Shown: positions 9,563 through 18,551 of the stretch, piece after piece | Layout of the letters: each line of letters opens with the position of its first letter | How positions within the stretch are numbered: the stretch's first letter is position 1 | Sequence record: SRR20825019_692 | DNA length: 35,795 nucleotides | Strand: one strand, 5' to 3' | Translations under genes and position numbers: made by a program | Notes under the pieces: generated by a model | Databases searched by the model: none | What the model was told of the DNA's origin: nothing | The model's input: only the letters and a program-made list of their open reading frames with translations

Positions 9563-10036
9563 ATGCGATACTTTATTGCAGTAGCAATGATTATGATGGG
9601 CGTTGGCGCTAACGCGGATGACAAGGCAGATATCTCAAGCGCACTTGATGCCTATCATAACGCCGCCGCTGAAGCGGATTGGGACACCTACTTTGGCCTA
9701 ACGCACGAAGATTTTATCTTTCTGGGCACCGACGCCGCCGAACGCTGGGACAAAAAAACCTTTCAGTCTTACGCTGAACCCACTAACGGCTGGGTCTATA
9801 CGCTGCGCGAGCGACATATCAACATAACCCCAGATGGTAATAGCGCTTGGTTTGATGAGCTGCTGGACAGTGAAAAATATGGCACCAGCCGAGGCACCGG
9901 CATACTGATTCGCACGGAAAGCGGTTGGAAATTTTCTCAGTACCATCTCACATTCCCGATGCCGAACGACTTGGCGGCAGGATTCACGCAGCAGATTCAG
10001 GTATTTGAGAAGCGGCAAAAAATGGGCCAAAACTAG
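9563..10036 (+). CDS. Secreted SnoaL-like/NTF2-fold protein
   Basis: Signal peptide; FIFLGTDAAERW, AWFDELL, SRGTGIL and WKFSQYHLT are typical of SnoaL-like proteins; GAGGAG RBS. Confidence 0.8.
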   Translation: MRYFIAVAMIMMGVGANADDKADISSALDAYHNAAAEADWDTYFGLTHEDFIFLGTDAAERWDKKTFQSYAEPTNGWVYTLRERHINITPDGNSAWFDELLDSEKYGTSRGTGILIRTESGWKFSQYHLTFPMPNDLAAGFTQQIQVFEKRQKMGQN

Positions 10037-10050
10037 GTCATATATCTTGT

Positions 10051-10080
10051 CTTGAAAGCGCCCCCTCTTACCCGCAAACT
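10051..10080 (+). promoter_or_regulatory. Putative promoter for the PAS-like gene (sigma70- or RpoH-type)
   Basis: CTTGAAA, then a 17-nt spacer, then CAAACT. Confidence 0.35.
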
Positions 10081-10124
10081 CTTCCCAGTTTGAGTTCCTA
10101 TGCTTTTTGGAAGAGGAGGCGCAT

Positions 10125-10763
10125 ATGCCCGTTTCCGGTGTATTGGAGCAGTTGCTGAACTACTGGCAGGATTTGCCACGTGAAAACAGTGCCTCGATTC
10201 CGGCGCGCAGATCCTTACAACTCATTGAACTACATGAACTTTTACCGCGCATTTCGCTCATGAGACGCCGGGACCGTTTTGATGTTCAGGTATCCATGAT
10301 CGGGACCAGCACACCCGATCTTTGGCAAACCCCCATGCCAGGCTTTAACGCGTTTGATCTCACAAGCCCGGACTTGTACGAGAACACAGCTCGGCTTTAT
10401 GACGCTGTGCTAACACAGCCAAGCGGCGCCCATTTAGTAGAATCAGTCTACCGCCACTCCGGGCGCGATGCGGAAGTTGCGTCACTTTATCTGCCGCTAG
10501 CAGACCGTGATGGGTCGCCCGTCTATATCGTCGGGTGCTCGGTCTACCGCAAACGGCCAAGTTATGGGCGCATCAATGATCGACTGATGCTTGACCATCA
10601 GAAGGTCTCCAGCGTTGAGTTTATCGATCTTGGTTACGGCAAGCCTATTGTTCAGTTTGAACGGCCTGAACGCCGTCCCCAGCCCGAAGCCGAAAACCGT
10701 TGGTGGGACAAGTTTATGCCAACAAAACCAAGACCCAGCAAAAACGCATGGCTTGACGCCTGA
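10125..10763 (+). CDS. Standalone PAS-like domain protein (PAS_5/DUF1457-like)
   Basis: LLNYWQDL...IPARRSL...LHELLPRISL...MIGT...LYLPLADRDG pattern; GAGGAGG RBS before ATG at 10125. Confidence 0.65.
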   Translation: MPVSGVLEQLLNYWQDLPRENSASIPARRSLQLIELHELLPRISLMRRRDRFDVQVSMIGTSTPDLWQTPMPGFNAFDLTSPDLYENTARLYDAVLTQPSGAHLVESVYRHSGRDAEVASLYLPLADRDGSPVYIVGCSVYRKRPSYGRINDRLMLDHQKVSSVEFIDLGYGKPIVQFERPERRPQPEAENRWWDKFMPTKPRPSKNAWLDA

Positions 10764-10806
10764 CTGGCAATAAGACTCCAAAGACCCATGGGGTAGGCAA
10801 ATCAGC

Positions 10807-11604
10807 CTAGCCCATTTTTTCAACCATCTTGAAAAGTGTGTTGGGGAAAAACCGTTTCACCCACAGTGCTTTCATCTCTGCGCCTTCCCCAACCGGTATT
10901 TCCTTCTGCCGTTTGGAGAGGCCCTTCATAATAACTTTGGCGCATTTCTGCACGTCCATACCGCCCGCAATATTCTTGTCCACCTCGCCAAATTCACTGC
11001 CGTCGCCCCTGAGGGCGTTGGTTGAGATATTGGTACGAATAAAACCTGGGGTGATGGTGGTCACATGAATGCCAGACTTTGAGACTTCAGCGCGCAGTGC
11101 GTCAAAGAAACCCATCATGGCATGTTTGGCGGCGCAGTAACCGGTGCGTTGGGAAACTCCAATCTTGCCTGCAACAGATGCTGTCACCACCATATGCCCG
11201 CTTTTCTGATCGAGCATGATTGGTAGAACTTCCTTGGTAAGCGCGATTTGGCCAAAAACATCCACCTCAAACAAGCGTCTGTATGTCGCCATATCCGTAT
11301 CAATACACAGTGAACGCTGTGATATACCCGCATTATTGATCAGCATGTCGATGCGGCCTGTAAAAGCCTGCGCCGCTTTCGTTGCGGAAGCGATCGCTGC
11401 TTCATCGGTGACATCAAGGGGCAGGATGAGGATATCGTCAGCTGCGGCGCCCGAGCCTTCACATGCCAGCTTCACGCGCTCAAGCTCCGCTTGCCTTCTG
11501 GCCGACAGGATCAGCTTTGCACCAAGTGCCGCAAATTCATATACCAGCGCTTCACCAATGCCAGATGAGGCACCTGTGACCCAAATCGTCTGTCCTTTAA
11601 ACAC
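10807..11604 (-). CDS. Short-chain dehydrogenase/reductase (DHRS7-like)
   Basis: TGASSGIG, NNAG, catalytic Ser and YCAAK, PGFIRT; GTG start after GGAGG. Confidence 0.93.
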   Translation of the reverse strand: MFKGQTIWVTGASSGIGEALVYEFAALGAKLILSARRQAELERVKLACEGSGAAADDILILPLDVTDEAAIASATKAAQAFTGRIDMLINNAGISQRSLCIDTDMATYRRLFEVDVFGQIALTKEVLPIMLDQKSGHMVVTASVAGKIGVSQRTGYCAAKHAMMGFFDALRAEVSKSGIHVTTITPGFIRTNISTNALRGDGSEFGEVDKNIAGGMDVQKCAKVIMKGLSKRQKEIPVGEGAEMKALWVKRFFPNTLFKMVEKMG

Positions 11605-11716
11605 GCTAACCTCCCCTTCGTTGATCATGAAGATAAACTAGGGTAGACAATGACAAGATCAAATCTGCATCCGAAAGATTTGACCCAACGCCATTTGCAG
11701 GGCCGGAGCCTCACTC

Positions 11717-12538
11717 ATGCAATTCCAGACACCAACACTTGCGGCACTTGTCAAAGCCGCCTGGACAGGCATCCGCCTACGTACAGAGCTTTTTATGCTG
11801 TTGACCATCTTGTCCGGCATTCTCTCGGCACTGCTATATATGCCAGCCGCGGAGGTCATTGAGGAACTGATCAGCATTCTGGATAGCCAGCGTGAGCCTG
11901 AGGTCAAAACGGCCGAGGCAGCGGCCGCAATTGATGAAGGGGCATCCACCCTGTTCATTGGTCACCTTCTAGTCACCGCCGTGACCACATTCCTCATTAT
12001 ACCGTGGGCAAGAGCATGTGCCCCAGGGTCTCTCACGCCGTCCGATGGTGGGCTAAAAGCCTTCCTGCGTCGCGGATTTCGCTCTTTTCTACATATGGTC
12101 GCGGCTACGGGAATGATTATCCTGCTGGCGCTAGTTGCGCTCCCAACGGTGTCTGTGATTGGCAGTGCACTGGGTGGTATTGGCAACGCTGTTGTCATGA
12201 CAGGCGTGGTGCTTCTGGTGTGGGCCAGCATTGCGCTAACCAGCATCGCCAACCTCGCCATCGCCGCAGAAGCACGCGACCGCAAGGAAACCATGTGGAC
12301 CGCGTGGAATCGGGGTCGTTTCTTCCTCACCCCCATTACAGGAGCCCTGGGTTTCCTGCTTCTGAGTGTCGGCCTTGCCAATATGATCGTAAGTTCATTT
12401 TTGGCGGGTTTGCTGCCAGAAGGCGTTGCCAACCTGCTTGGCATGGTTGTTTCAGGCATGTTTGTTTATGCGGCATCTGCGCTGCATGTAGCAGCGCTGT
12501 ATATTGTGCCCGACTTTCGCGACCTCAGGCCGCTTTAA
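11717..12538 (+). CDS. Hypothetical integral membrane protein (about 6 TM)
   Basis: 273-aa ORF filling the gap between genes, with about six hydrophobic segments; no family recognised. Confidence 0.75.
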   Translation: MQFQTPTLAALVKAAWTGIRLRTELFMLLTILSGILSALLYMPAAEVIEELISILDSQREPEVKTAEAAAAIDEGASTLFIGHLLVTAVTTFLIIPWARACAPGSLTPSDGGLKAFLRRGFRSFLHMVAATGMIILLALVALPTVSVIGSALGGIGNAVVMTGVVLLVWASIALTSIANLAIAAEARDRKETMWTAWNRGRFFLTPITGALGFLLLSVGLANMIVSSFLAGLLPEGVANLLGMVVSGMFVYAASALHVAALYIVPDFRDLRPL

Positions 12539-13338
12539 TCGTTCCATGTAAAACCCGCAGGCCGCTTTTCAAGGAAAGCACGCACACCTTCCGCTGCATC
12601 CGCACCCTCATGCGCCGCGCGGAACATCTCTGCCGTGATATCATCATCGTCTACTTGTCCGTCCAAAACCCGCCGGATCAGGTTTTTTATACCTCGAACG
12701 CTATACTGTGAAACGCCCGCAATTTGCTGGGCAAAACTGATGGTTTTTTGGTTGAGTTCCTCAGCACTATAGAGCTCATCAATCAAGCCGATCGAAAGAG
12801 CTTCCTCAGCGTCCAGCACACGCCCGGTGAACAACATGCTTTTTGCCTTTGCGGGGCCAACGAGGTCCATCAGCTGTTTGGTGTCATTTAGCGGATAGAT
12901 CAGCCCGAGTTTAGCGGGTGTAATACCAAAACGCGCACCATGCGCGGCAAAGCGCATGTCACAGTGGATGGCAAGGCCACAGCCGCCGCCCATGCACGAG
13001 CCTGATATCTGTGCGATCGTAGGCTTCTCGGTACGGGCTAGTGCGCGCTGGGCCTCACGAATGGCGATGCGGTTGCTTTCTTGCCGCAAGGGGTCCCTCG
13101 CAATTACCTCCAGCTCCGCAATGTCGGCACCTGCGGAGAATGCCTGCTGTGAGGAAGACCGTATGATGATCACCCTGACCCGCTTGTCATGGTCGAGCAC
13201 GTCCAGCGCTTTCGGAAGCGCCGTCCACATCGCTTCAGACATCGCATTCCGCTTATTCGCGCGGTTCAACACAAGGCTGCCGATGCTCCCGTCCACATCT
13301 ACATAAATCGGTTTGGTCTTGTCTGAGAAGTCCGTCAT
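12535..13338 (-). CDS. Enoyl-CoA hydratase/isomerase (crotonase) family protein
   Basis: LNRANKRNAM, AFSAGADI, KPTIAQISGSCMGGG, AEEALSIGLI and EGVRAFLEKR motifs. Confidence 0.92.
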   Translation of the reverse strand: MTDFSDKTKPIYVDVDGSIGSLVLNRANKRNAMSEAMWTALPKALDVLDHDKRVRVIIIRSSSQQAFSAGADIAELEVIARDPLRQESNRIAIREAQRALARTEKPTIAQISGSCMGGGCGLAIHCDMRFAAHGARFGITPAKLGLIYPLNDTKQLMDLVGPAKAKSMLFTGRVLDAEEALSIGLIDELYSAEELNQKTISFAQQIAGVSQYSVRGIKNLIRRVLDGQVDDDDITAEMFRAAHEGADAAEGVRAFLEKRPAGFTWND

Positions 13339-13361
13339 TTTTTTGCCTGATGTATGAGGCC

Positions 13362-14054
13362 CTAGAAAAGGCTGTGTTGTGTTTCTTCTTCCGCCGGTTT
13401 CAGGCACTCAGGCCCGTCAAAGCGTACGTTATTGACAGCGCGGCTGACCGCACGCCAATGGAAAGCCGTCTCCGGCACAAAATCAAAAGTCTCAAGGAAG
13501 CCGCGCGGCAAGGGATCATGCGGTGTGAGCCACGCGCCATAGTCCGCAGCGCGTACCACGAGCGGGCGTCTGTGGTGCAGGCTTTTCATCGGGCCTTCGG
13601 TTGGGGCTGTCAAAATCGCCATGGTCTCAAGCCAATGGTCGCCGTCCGGGCCATGCCATACCGACCAAATGCCCGCAAACGCCATCGGGCCACCCTCTAC
13701 GGGGCTGATCAGATAAGGCTGTTTGCGCCCATTCACTGTCTTCCATTCATACCAGCCGTCAAACGGTACAAGGCAGCGCTGGCGTTTTATGCTGGAACGA
13801 AAAGAGGGTTTCTCTGTCACTGTCTCAATGCGGGCATTGATCAGCGGCTTGTCGCCAATTTCTTTTTTCCACTCCGGTACCAGCCCCCACTCAACAGCCA
13901 CCAACTCGCGCTTGCCTTTGTCGTTCAGCCGGATAATCAGCACCGGTTGGCGCGGCGCGATATTGTGATGCGGGGTGATAGGCATGCCTGCAGGCGTGGC
14001 GAACACACGTTCAAGAGCGTCATTCGGGGATGTCAGAATATAGCGCCCACACAT
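13362..14054 (-). CDS. SOS response-associated peptidase (SRAP; YedK/HMCES-like abasic-site protein)
   Basis: N-terminal MCGRY, NIAP, WGLVP, INARIET, RCLVPFDGWYEW, HHRRP and VSRAVNN. Confidence 0.95.
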   Translation of the reverse strand: MCGRYILTSPNDALERVFATPAGMPITPHHNIAPRQPVLIIRLNDKGKRELVAVEWGLVPEWKKEIGDKPLINARIETVTEKPSFRSSIKRQRCLVPFDGWYEWKTVNGRKQPYLISPVEGGPMAFAGIWSVWHGPDGDHWLETMAILTAPTEGPMKSLHHRRPLVVRAADYGAWLTPHDPLPRGFLETFDFVPETAFHWRAVSRAVNNVRFDGPECLKPAEEETQHSLF

Positions 14055-14118
14055 AGAAAACTTGCCTCTCCATCATTGCACGGCCAAAGTGCCCAAAAGA
14101 TTTACCCGAACAAATAGC

Positions 14119-14586
14119 ATGCAGATTATGGACGCAAGAGAAAACCCTGAAAGACCTGTCATTGGTGTCGGTGCTGTTGTGATGCAGAGGGGCGAGGTGC
14201 TGCTTATTCGCCGCGGCAAGCCCCCAAAGGAGGGAGAGTGGAGCCTGCCAGGTGGTGCCCAGGAATTAGGCGAGAGCGTGCATGACGCCCTTAGGCGCGA
14301 AGTGAAGGAAGAAACCGGGCTGGACGTTAAAGTCCTGGATTTCCTGGATATCATTGACCTCATCGACCACGCTGACGGTGGTGCTGTTCGGTATCATTAC
14401 ACCCTCGTCGACTATCTGGCCGAGCCCACGGGCGGAGCACTGCGCGCCGGGTCTGACGCCTCAGACGCACGCTTCTTTAAGCTTGAAGAAGCCCTCGCCC
14501 TTCCGCTATGGAGTGAAACCCACCGCATCATTACCATGGCGGCACACCGGTATAAGAAACTGAAAGGCCAAACAAATGACCGATAA
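14119..14586 (+). CDS. Nudix hydrolase
   Basis: Complete Nudix box GGAQELGESVHDALRREVKEETGL; start uncertain (14119 or 14128). Confidence 0.93.
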   Translation: MQIMDARENPERPVIGVGAVVMQRGEVLLIRRGKPPKEGEWSLPGGAQELGESVHDALRREVKEETGLDVKVLDFLDIIDLIDHADGGAVRYHYTLVDYLAEPTGGALRAGSDASDARFFKLEEALALPLWSETHRIITMAAHRYKKLKGQTNDR

Positions 14587-14785
14587 ACCAGCAGCCCGTA
14601 GCCTATGGGGCATGCTCGCGCTTATTTTCGGGCTGATGGCTTATGCGTTTCTTGCAGGTGGCGTCGGAAGCTTGCTGAACGAAAGCTCGCTTGTCATCCA
14701 GACGATATATTATCTGGTCGCTGGTATCTTGTGGATATTTCCTGCCCGCAAGGTTTTGGAATGGATGGGACGCGGTAAACGGTAA
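14576..14785 (+). CDS. Small 2-TM membrane protein (DUF2842-like)
   Basis: 69 aa, two hydrophobic helices, QTIYYLVAGILWIFP pattern; GAAAGG RBS. Confidence 0.75.
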   Translation: MTDKPAARSLWGMLALIFGLMAYAFLAGGVGSLLNESSLVIQTIYYLVAGILWIFPARKVLEWMGRGKR

Positions 14786-14786
14786 A

Positions 14787-14804
14787 GGGCGGCAAACGCC
14801 GCCC
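14787..14804. terminator. GC-rich hairpin between convergent genes, probable terminator
   Basis: GGGCGGC-AAAC-GCCGCCC; only a short T tract on the minus strand. Confidence 0.45.
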
Positions 14805-14837
14805 ACACCTGATCGTTTTGAAAATGCGGCTCAGCCA

Positions 14838-16466
14838 TCACGCATCGGGAAAGCTATAATCCTTGAACTGCTCACGCAGGTCTTTTTTGGAGATCTTACC
14901 CGTTGCGGTATGTGGCAGTTCCTTCACCATCACCACATCATCAGGCAGCCACCATTTGGCGACTTTGTCTTCAAGATACGCGTGCATTTCAGCCACATCG
15001 AGGCTTTGGCCTATTTCGGGCACCACCACCATCAGCGGGCGCTCATCCCATTTGGGGTGATAGCGACCGATAACGGCAGCCTCCAGCACTTTGGGGTGGC
15101 CAACCGCTTCATTCTCGAGATCAATGGAGCTGATCCATTCACCGCCAGATTTGATAACGTCTTTGGCACGATCTGTAATCTGCATATAGCCGTGCTCGTC
15201 AATGCAAGCCACATCGCCCGTATCAAACCAGTTATCATCATCAAGGATATTGCCAGCGTCGCCCTTGAAGTAGCTTTCCACCACCCATGGCCCACGCACC
15301 ATAACCCGGCCCGACGATTCTCCGTCACGTGGCAACTTGTTACCGTCATCGTCCATGATGCACATCTCAACACCCAGCACCATGCGGCCCTGTTTGCACT
15401 GTACATCCAGCTTCTCTTTGGCCGGCAAATCCTGCACCGCGGCGTTTTCGCTGCCCAGACTACCCAGCGGGCTCGTCTCGGTCATGCCCCAGGCATGGTT
15501 CACCCGCACGCCATAGTCATCCTGGAAGGTCTTGATCATACTGCGCGGCACCGCGGAACCACCAATGGTTACGATCTTCAGCTCAGCCATGTCCTTGCCA
15601 GTGGCTTGCAGGTATTTCAACATGCCAGCCCAAACAGTCGGCACCGCCGCAGTGACAGTGATACCTTCGTCCACGATCAGCTTGTGCAAGGTTTCCGGGT
15701 CATGGTGCGGACCGTTAAGCACCAGCTTGGCGCCGGACCCAGCCGCCGCATAGGGAATGCCCCACGAATTCGCGTGGAACATGGGTACCACCGGCAAAAT
15801 AACCGAGGTGGAGCGAATGCCCAGCGTGTCACCCGTCAGCGCCAGCAGCGTATGCAGGAAATTTGAGCGGTGAGAATACAGCACGCCTTTAGGGTTGCCT
15901 GTTGTTCCTGAAGTGTAACAAAGTCCGCAAGCTGTGTTTTCATCGAAGCTCGGCCAGGAATAGTTACCGTCCTCAGCCTCAATCAGTTCCTCGTAGGAGA
16001 GTACATTTTTCAGCTTGGTTTCCGGCATATGCTCGCGGCCAACCAGAAGCACAAAATGCTCAATAGTGGTGAGATGTTCCGCAATTGCTTCAATCAGCGG
16101 CACGAAGGTAATATCCAACATCAACACACGGTCCTCAGCGTGGTTCATGATGTAGATAAGCTGTTCCGGAAACAGGCGCGGGTTCACCGTGTGAGTAACA
16201 GCCCCCATGCCAGATGCACCAAACCATATCTCCATATGGCGGTGTGTGTTCCACGCCAGCGTCGCGACACGATCACCAAGTCCTATGCCCAAACGGGTAA
16301 GCGCTTGCGCACATTTTTTTGCCCGAACCGCGTGCGAAGCAAAGTCGTACCGAAACTGTCCGCCTTCCGGCAGCATTGAGACGATCTCACGCTTCGGATG
16401 ATTGATTTCAGCATGCTCTAGAAATTTGGAGACCAGCATTGGCCAGTCTTGCATTTGTCCTAACAC
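14838..16466 (-). CDS. Acyl-CoA ligase, AMP-binding (AlkK/DmdB-like fatty-acid-CoA ligase)
   Basis: [44 protein letters not shown] and TGKISK; GTG start giving MLGQMQDWP after GGGGAG. Confidence 0.94.
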   Translation of the reverse strand: MLGQMQDWPMLVSKFLEHAEINHPKREIVSMLPEGGQFRYDFASHAVRAKKCAQALTRLGIGLGDRVATLAWNTHRHMEIWFGASGMGAVTHTVNPRLFPEQLIYIMNHAEDRVLMLDITFVPLIEAIAEHLTTIEHFVLLVGREHMPETKLKNVLSYEELIEAEDGNYSWPSFDENTACGLCYTSGTTGNPKGVLYSHRSNFLHTLLALTGDTLGIRSTSVILPVVPMFHANSWGIPYAAAGSGAKLVLNGPHHDPETLHKLIVDEGITVTAAVPTVWAGMLKYLQATGKDMAELKIVTIGGSAVPRSMIKTFQDDYGVRVNHAWGMTETSPLGSLGSENAAVQDLPAKEKLDVQCKQGRMVLGVEMCIMDDDGNKLPRDGESSGRVMVRGPWVVESYFKGDAGNILDDDNWFDTGDVACIDEHGYMQITDRAKDVIKSGGEWISSIDLENEAVGHPKVLEAAVIGRYHPKWDERPLMVVVPEIGQSLDVAEMHAYLEDKVAKWWLPDDVVMVKELPHTATGKISKKDLREQFKDYSFPDA

Positions 16467-16537
16467 AGAATAGCTCCCCATAAACAACACGAGACAATAA
16501 TATCCCAAGGCTCCTCTTCCCAAAGGTCGCCCGTTCT

Positions 16538-16582
16538 AGCGTTTGATTAACTATAGGTCTCGGCGGATGCTTTTCAAACGCT
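16538..16582 (-). promoter_or_regulatory. Sigma70-like promoter bracketed by a perfect 9-bp inverted repeat
   Basis: Minus strand TTGAAA-N16-TATAGT; repeat arms AGCGTTTGA (16538-16546) and TCAAACGCT (16574-16582). Confidence 0.55.
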
Positions 16583-16619
16583 TTGTCGCCAGAATCGCAC
16601 CAGAATTGCGCAGGCGTGA

Positions 16620-17051
16620 TTAATGCTCGAAATGCACATGCCGCATTGTCTGGGGGGTTAGGTCATCCGCCATGTAACCGGCGCTTTCGGTGGCCCCCTC
16701 GCCTACGCTGGTAATAAGCCACAGCCATCCGGCCTCTACAGATCTGGCTTTGTCTGTATCCGACGGCTCTGGCCTGCCACCGGGGTGGCTATGCCAAACC
16801 CCGACTACCTGCGCGCCATCTGCCCGTGCCGCTTTCTGCGCACGAATATAGAGCGACGGGTCAATCTCAAAGCTGGTTTTCGGGTCGCCCTCAGTGACAT
16901 TCGCGCTTAGGACCATGCTTTCAACCATAAACTGATCACCTTGCCTGCATCCAAGGAGCAGCGCGCAAGCTTCAAACGGCGCCGCTTTTACCGCTTCTCG
17001 CTCGAGTAGAGAAAGCAGACCGGCCGCAAGCTGGACCGTGATGAGGGACAT
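16620..17051 (-). CDS. JAB/MPN+ (M67) metallopeptidase, Mec-like
   Basis: PFEACALLLG catalytic Glu; WHSHP...PSDTD JAMM motif. Confidence 0.92.
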   Translation of the reverse strand: MSLITVQLAAGLLSLLEREAVKAAPFEACALLLGCRQGDQFMVESMVLSANVTEGDPKTSFEIDPSLYIRAQKAARADGAQVVGVWHSHPGGRPEPSDTDKARSVEAGWLWLITSVGEGATESAGYMADDLTPQTMRHVHFEH

Positions 17052-17052
17052 G

Positions 17053-17526
17053 TTATTTGGGCACCGACACAGGTGTCTGTTTGCCGCTCACCCGGTCCAC
17101 CAATATCAGCGTGTCACTGCCATCTGCCCGACGGAAATGCAGCAACAGTTCACGCTCGCTGGCAATCGCTGAGAGAAGCTCACTGCCCGCTGGCCGCACA
17201 ACACGGTAATTGCCCGCAGAAATAACGTCAGATACAGCGGCTTGCGAGGGTTGAGGTGTGCTTGGTGCAGCTTCAGCAATCGGCTGATCCTCACCATTAT
17301 CAAGCGCGATGAGTTGCTCGGTCGCCTTGTTCGCGATGGCATACACCACAAAAATGAACAGCGCAACGATCACCAGCCCGAGCACCAGCACGAGTGTTTT
17401 GAGGCCTTTGTGCTGGTCAGCAACAGCGCTAAGCTCATCAGCAACGTCCTGCATGCTGCCGCCTTCACCTGTGGTTTCGTCATTTCTATTCATCTGAGGC
17501 GTGACTTTTTCATCTTCGCGCATCAT
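17053..17526 (-). CDS. Hypothetical single-TM membrane protein (possibly DUF6476-like)
   Basis: One TM segment (LVLVLGLVIVALFIFVVYAI) followed by a small domain; stop is 1 nt from the JAB start; start ambiguous (17526 has a GGAG RBS; 17493 or 17454 possible). Confidence 0.7.
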   Translation of the reverse strand: MMREDEKVTPQMNRNDETTGEGGSMQDVADELSAVADQHKGLKTLVLVLGLVIVALFIFVVYAIANKATEQLIALDNGEDQPIAEAAPSTPQPSQAAVSDVISAGNYRVVRPAGSELLSAIASERELLLHFRRADGSDTLILVDRVSGKQTPVSVPK

Positions 17527-17537
17527 AAGGTGTCTCC

Positions 17538-18530
17538 ATGAGCGACGCATTTCAAATATCGGTTGATCCCAACCAAAGCGGGGTCCGGCTAGACAAACTT
17601 CTGGCCGAGGCGTTGCCGGACATGTCCCGGTCTCGCCTGCAAAGCCTTATAAAGGGTGGCAACGTCCATCTCGTCACGCAGGCTCCCAGTGAGACCATAA
17701 AGAGCCCATCACGCTCGGTCAAACAAGGTGAAGTTTTCAGTGTTGAAGTTCCTGTACCCGAAGACGCCACCCCAAGGCCAGAGAATATCCCGCTTGATGT
17801 CATTTTTGAAGATGATCATCTAATCGTGGTGAATAAACCGGCGGGCATGGTTGTACACCCGGCCCCTGGCGCACCTTCCGGCACGCTAGTGAACGCCCTT
17901 CTCTATCACTGCGCTGGCAGCCTAAGCGGTATCGGCGGTGTCAAGCGCCCTGGTATCGTGCACCGCATTGACAAGGAAACCAGTGGCCTCTTGGTCATGG
18001 CTAAGCATGACAAAGCGCACAACGGCCTTGCTGTGCAGTTTGCTGACCACTCGATTGAGCGGCTCTATAGCGCGGTGTGCAAAGGGCACCCGGTGCCCCC
18101 GAACGGGCGCATTGAAGGCAATATTGCCCGGCACCCGGTTGACCGCAAACGCATGGCTGTCTCAAAAACAGGTGGCAAGTGGGCGGCAACGCATTATCGC
18201 ACCCTCAAACATTTCCAGCAGGGCGGTACGGCTGTCGCCAGCCTGGTTGAATGTCAGCTGGAGACAGGGCGTACTCACCAGGTACGAGTGCATATGGCAC
18301 ACATTGGCCATCCATTGGTTGGCGACCCCGTTTATGCCCGCACCTTCAAGCTTTCAGGCAAGATCAAAGGCCCCGCGCGTGACGCCCTTGCATCCTTTAC
18401 CCGGCAGGCCCTTCACGCCCGCGTGCTCGGTTTTCTGCACCCAATTAGTGGCGAACCCTTTAAATTCGAGAGCGAACTCCCACATGATATGAAAGAGATG
18501 CTGGCAACCCTGGACCGATACGCGGTTTAA
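17538..18530 (+). CDS. rluD: 23S rRNA pseudouridine synthase, RluA family with S4 domain
   Basis: S4 RLDKLLA...SRSRLQ, VNKPAGMVVHP, catalytic HRIDKETSG, GRTHQVRVH and RQALHA. Confidence 0.93.
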   Translation: MSDAFQISVDPNQSGVRLDKLLAEALPDMSRSRLQSLIKGGNVHLVTQAPSETIKSPSRSVKQGEVFSVEVPVPEDATPRPENIPLDVIFEDDHLIVVNKPAGMVVHPAPGAPSGTLVNALLYHCAGSLSGIGGVKRPGIVHRIDKETSGLLVMAKHDKAHNGLAVQFADHSIERLYSAVCKGHPVPPNGRIEGNIARHPVDRKRMAVSKTGGKWAATHYRTLKHFQQGGTAVASLVECQLETGRTHQVRVHMAHIGHPLVGDPVYARTFKLSGKIKGPARDALASFTRQALHARVLGFLHPISGEPFKFESELPHDMKEMLATLDRYAV

Positions 18531-18551
18531 GGCGCTGGCGTTTTTACGCAT

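Noticed and set aside
14000-14013. CGAAC-ACAC-GTTCA, resembling a Gram-positive LexA (Cheo) box near the SRAP start
   Set aside because: It lies inside the coding sequence, and Alphaproteobacteria use a GTTC-N7-GTTC direct repeat; probably chance.
14691-15866. 391-aa plus-strand ORF
   Set aside because: Almost entirely antisense to the acyl-CoA ligase and has no recognisable motifs; a typical shadow ORF from codon bias.
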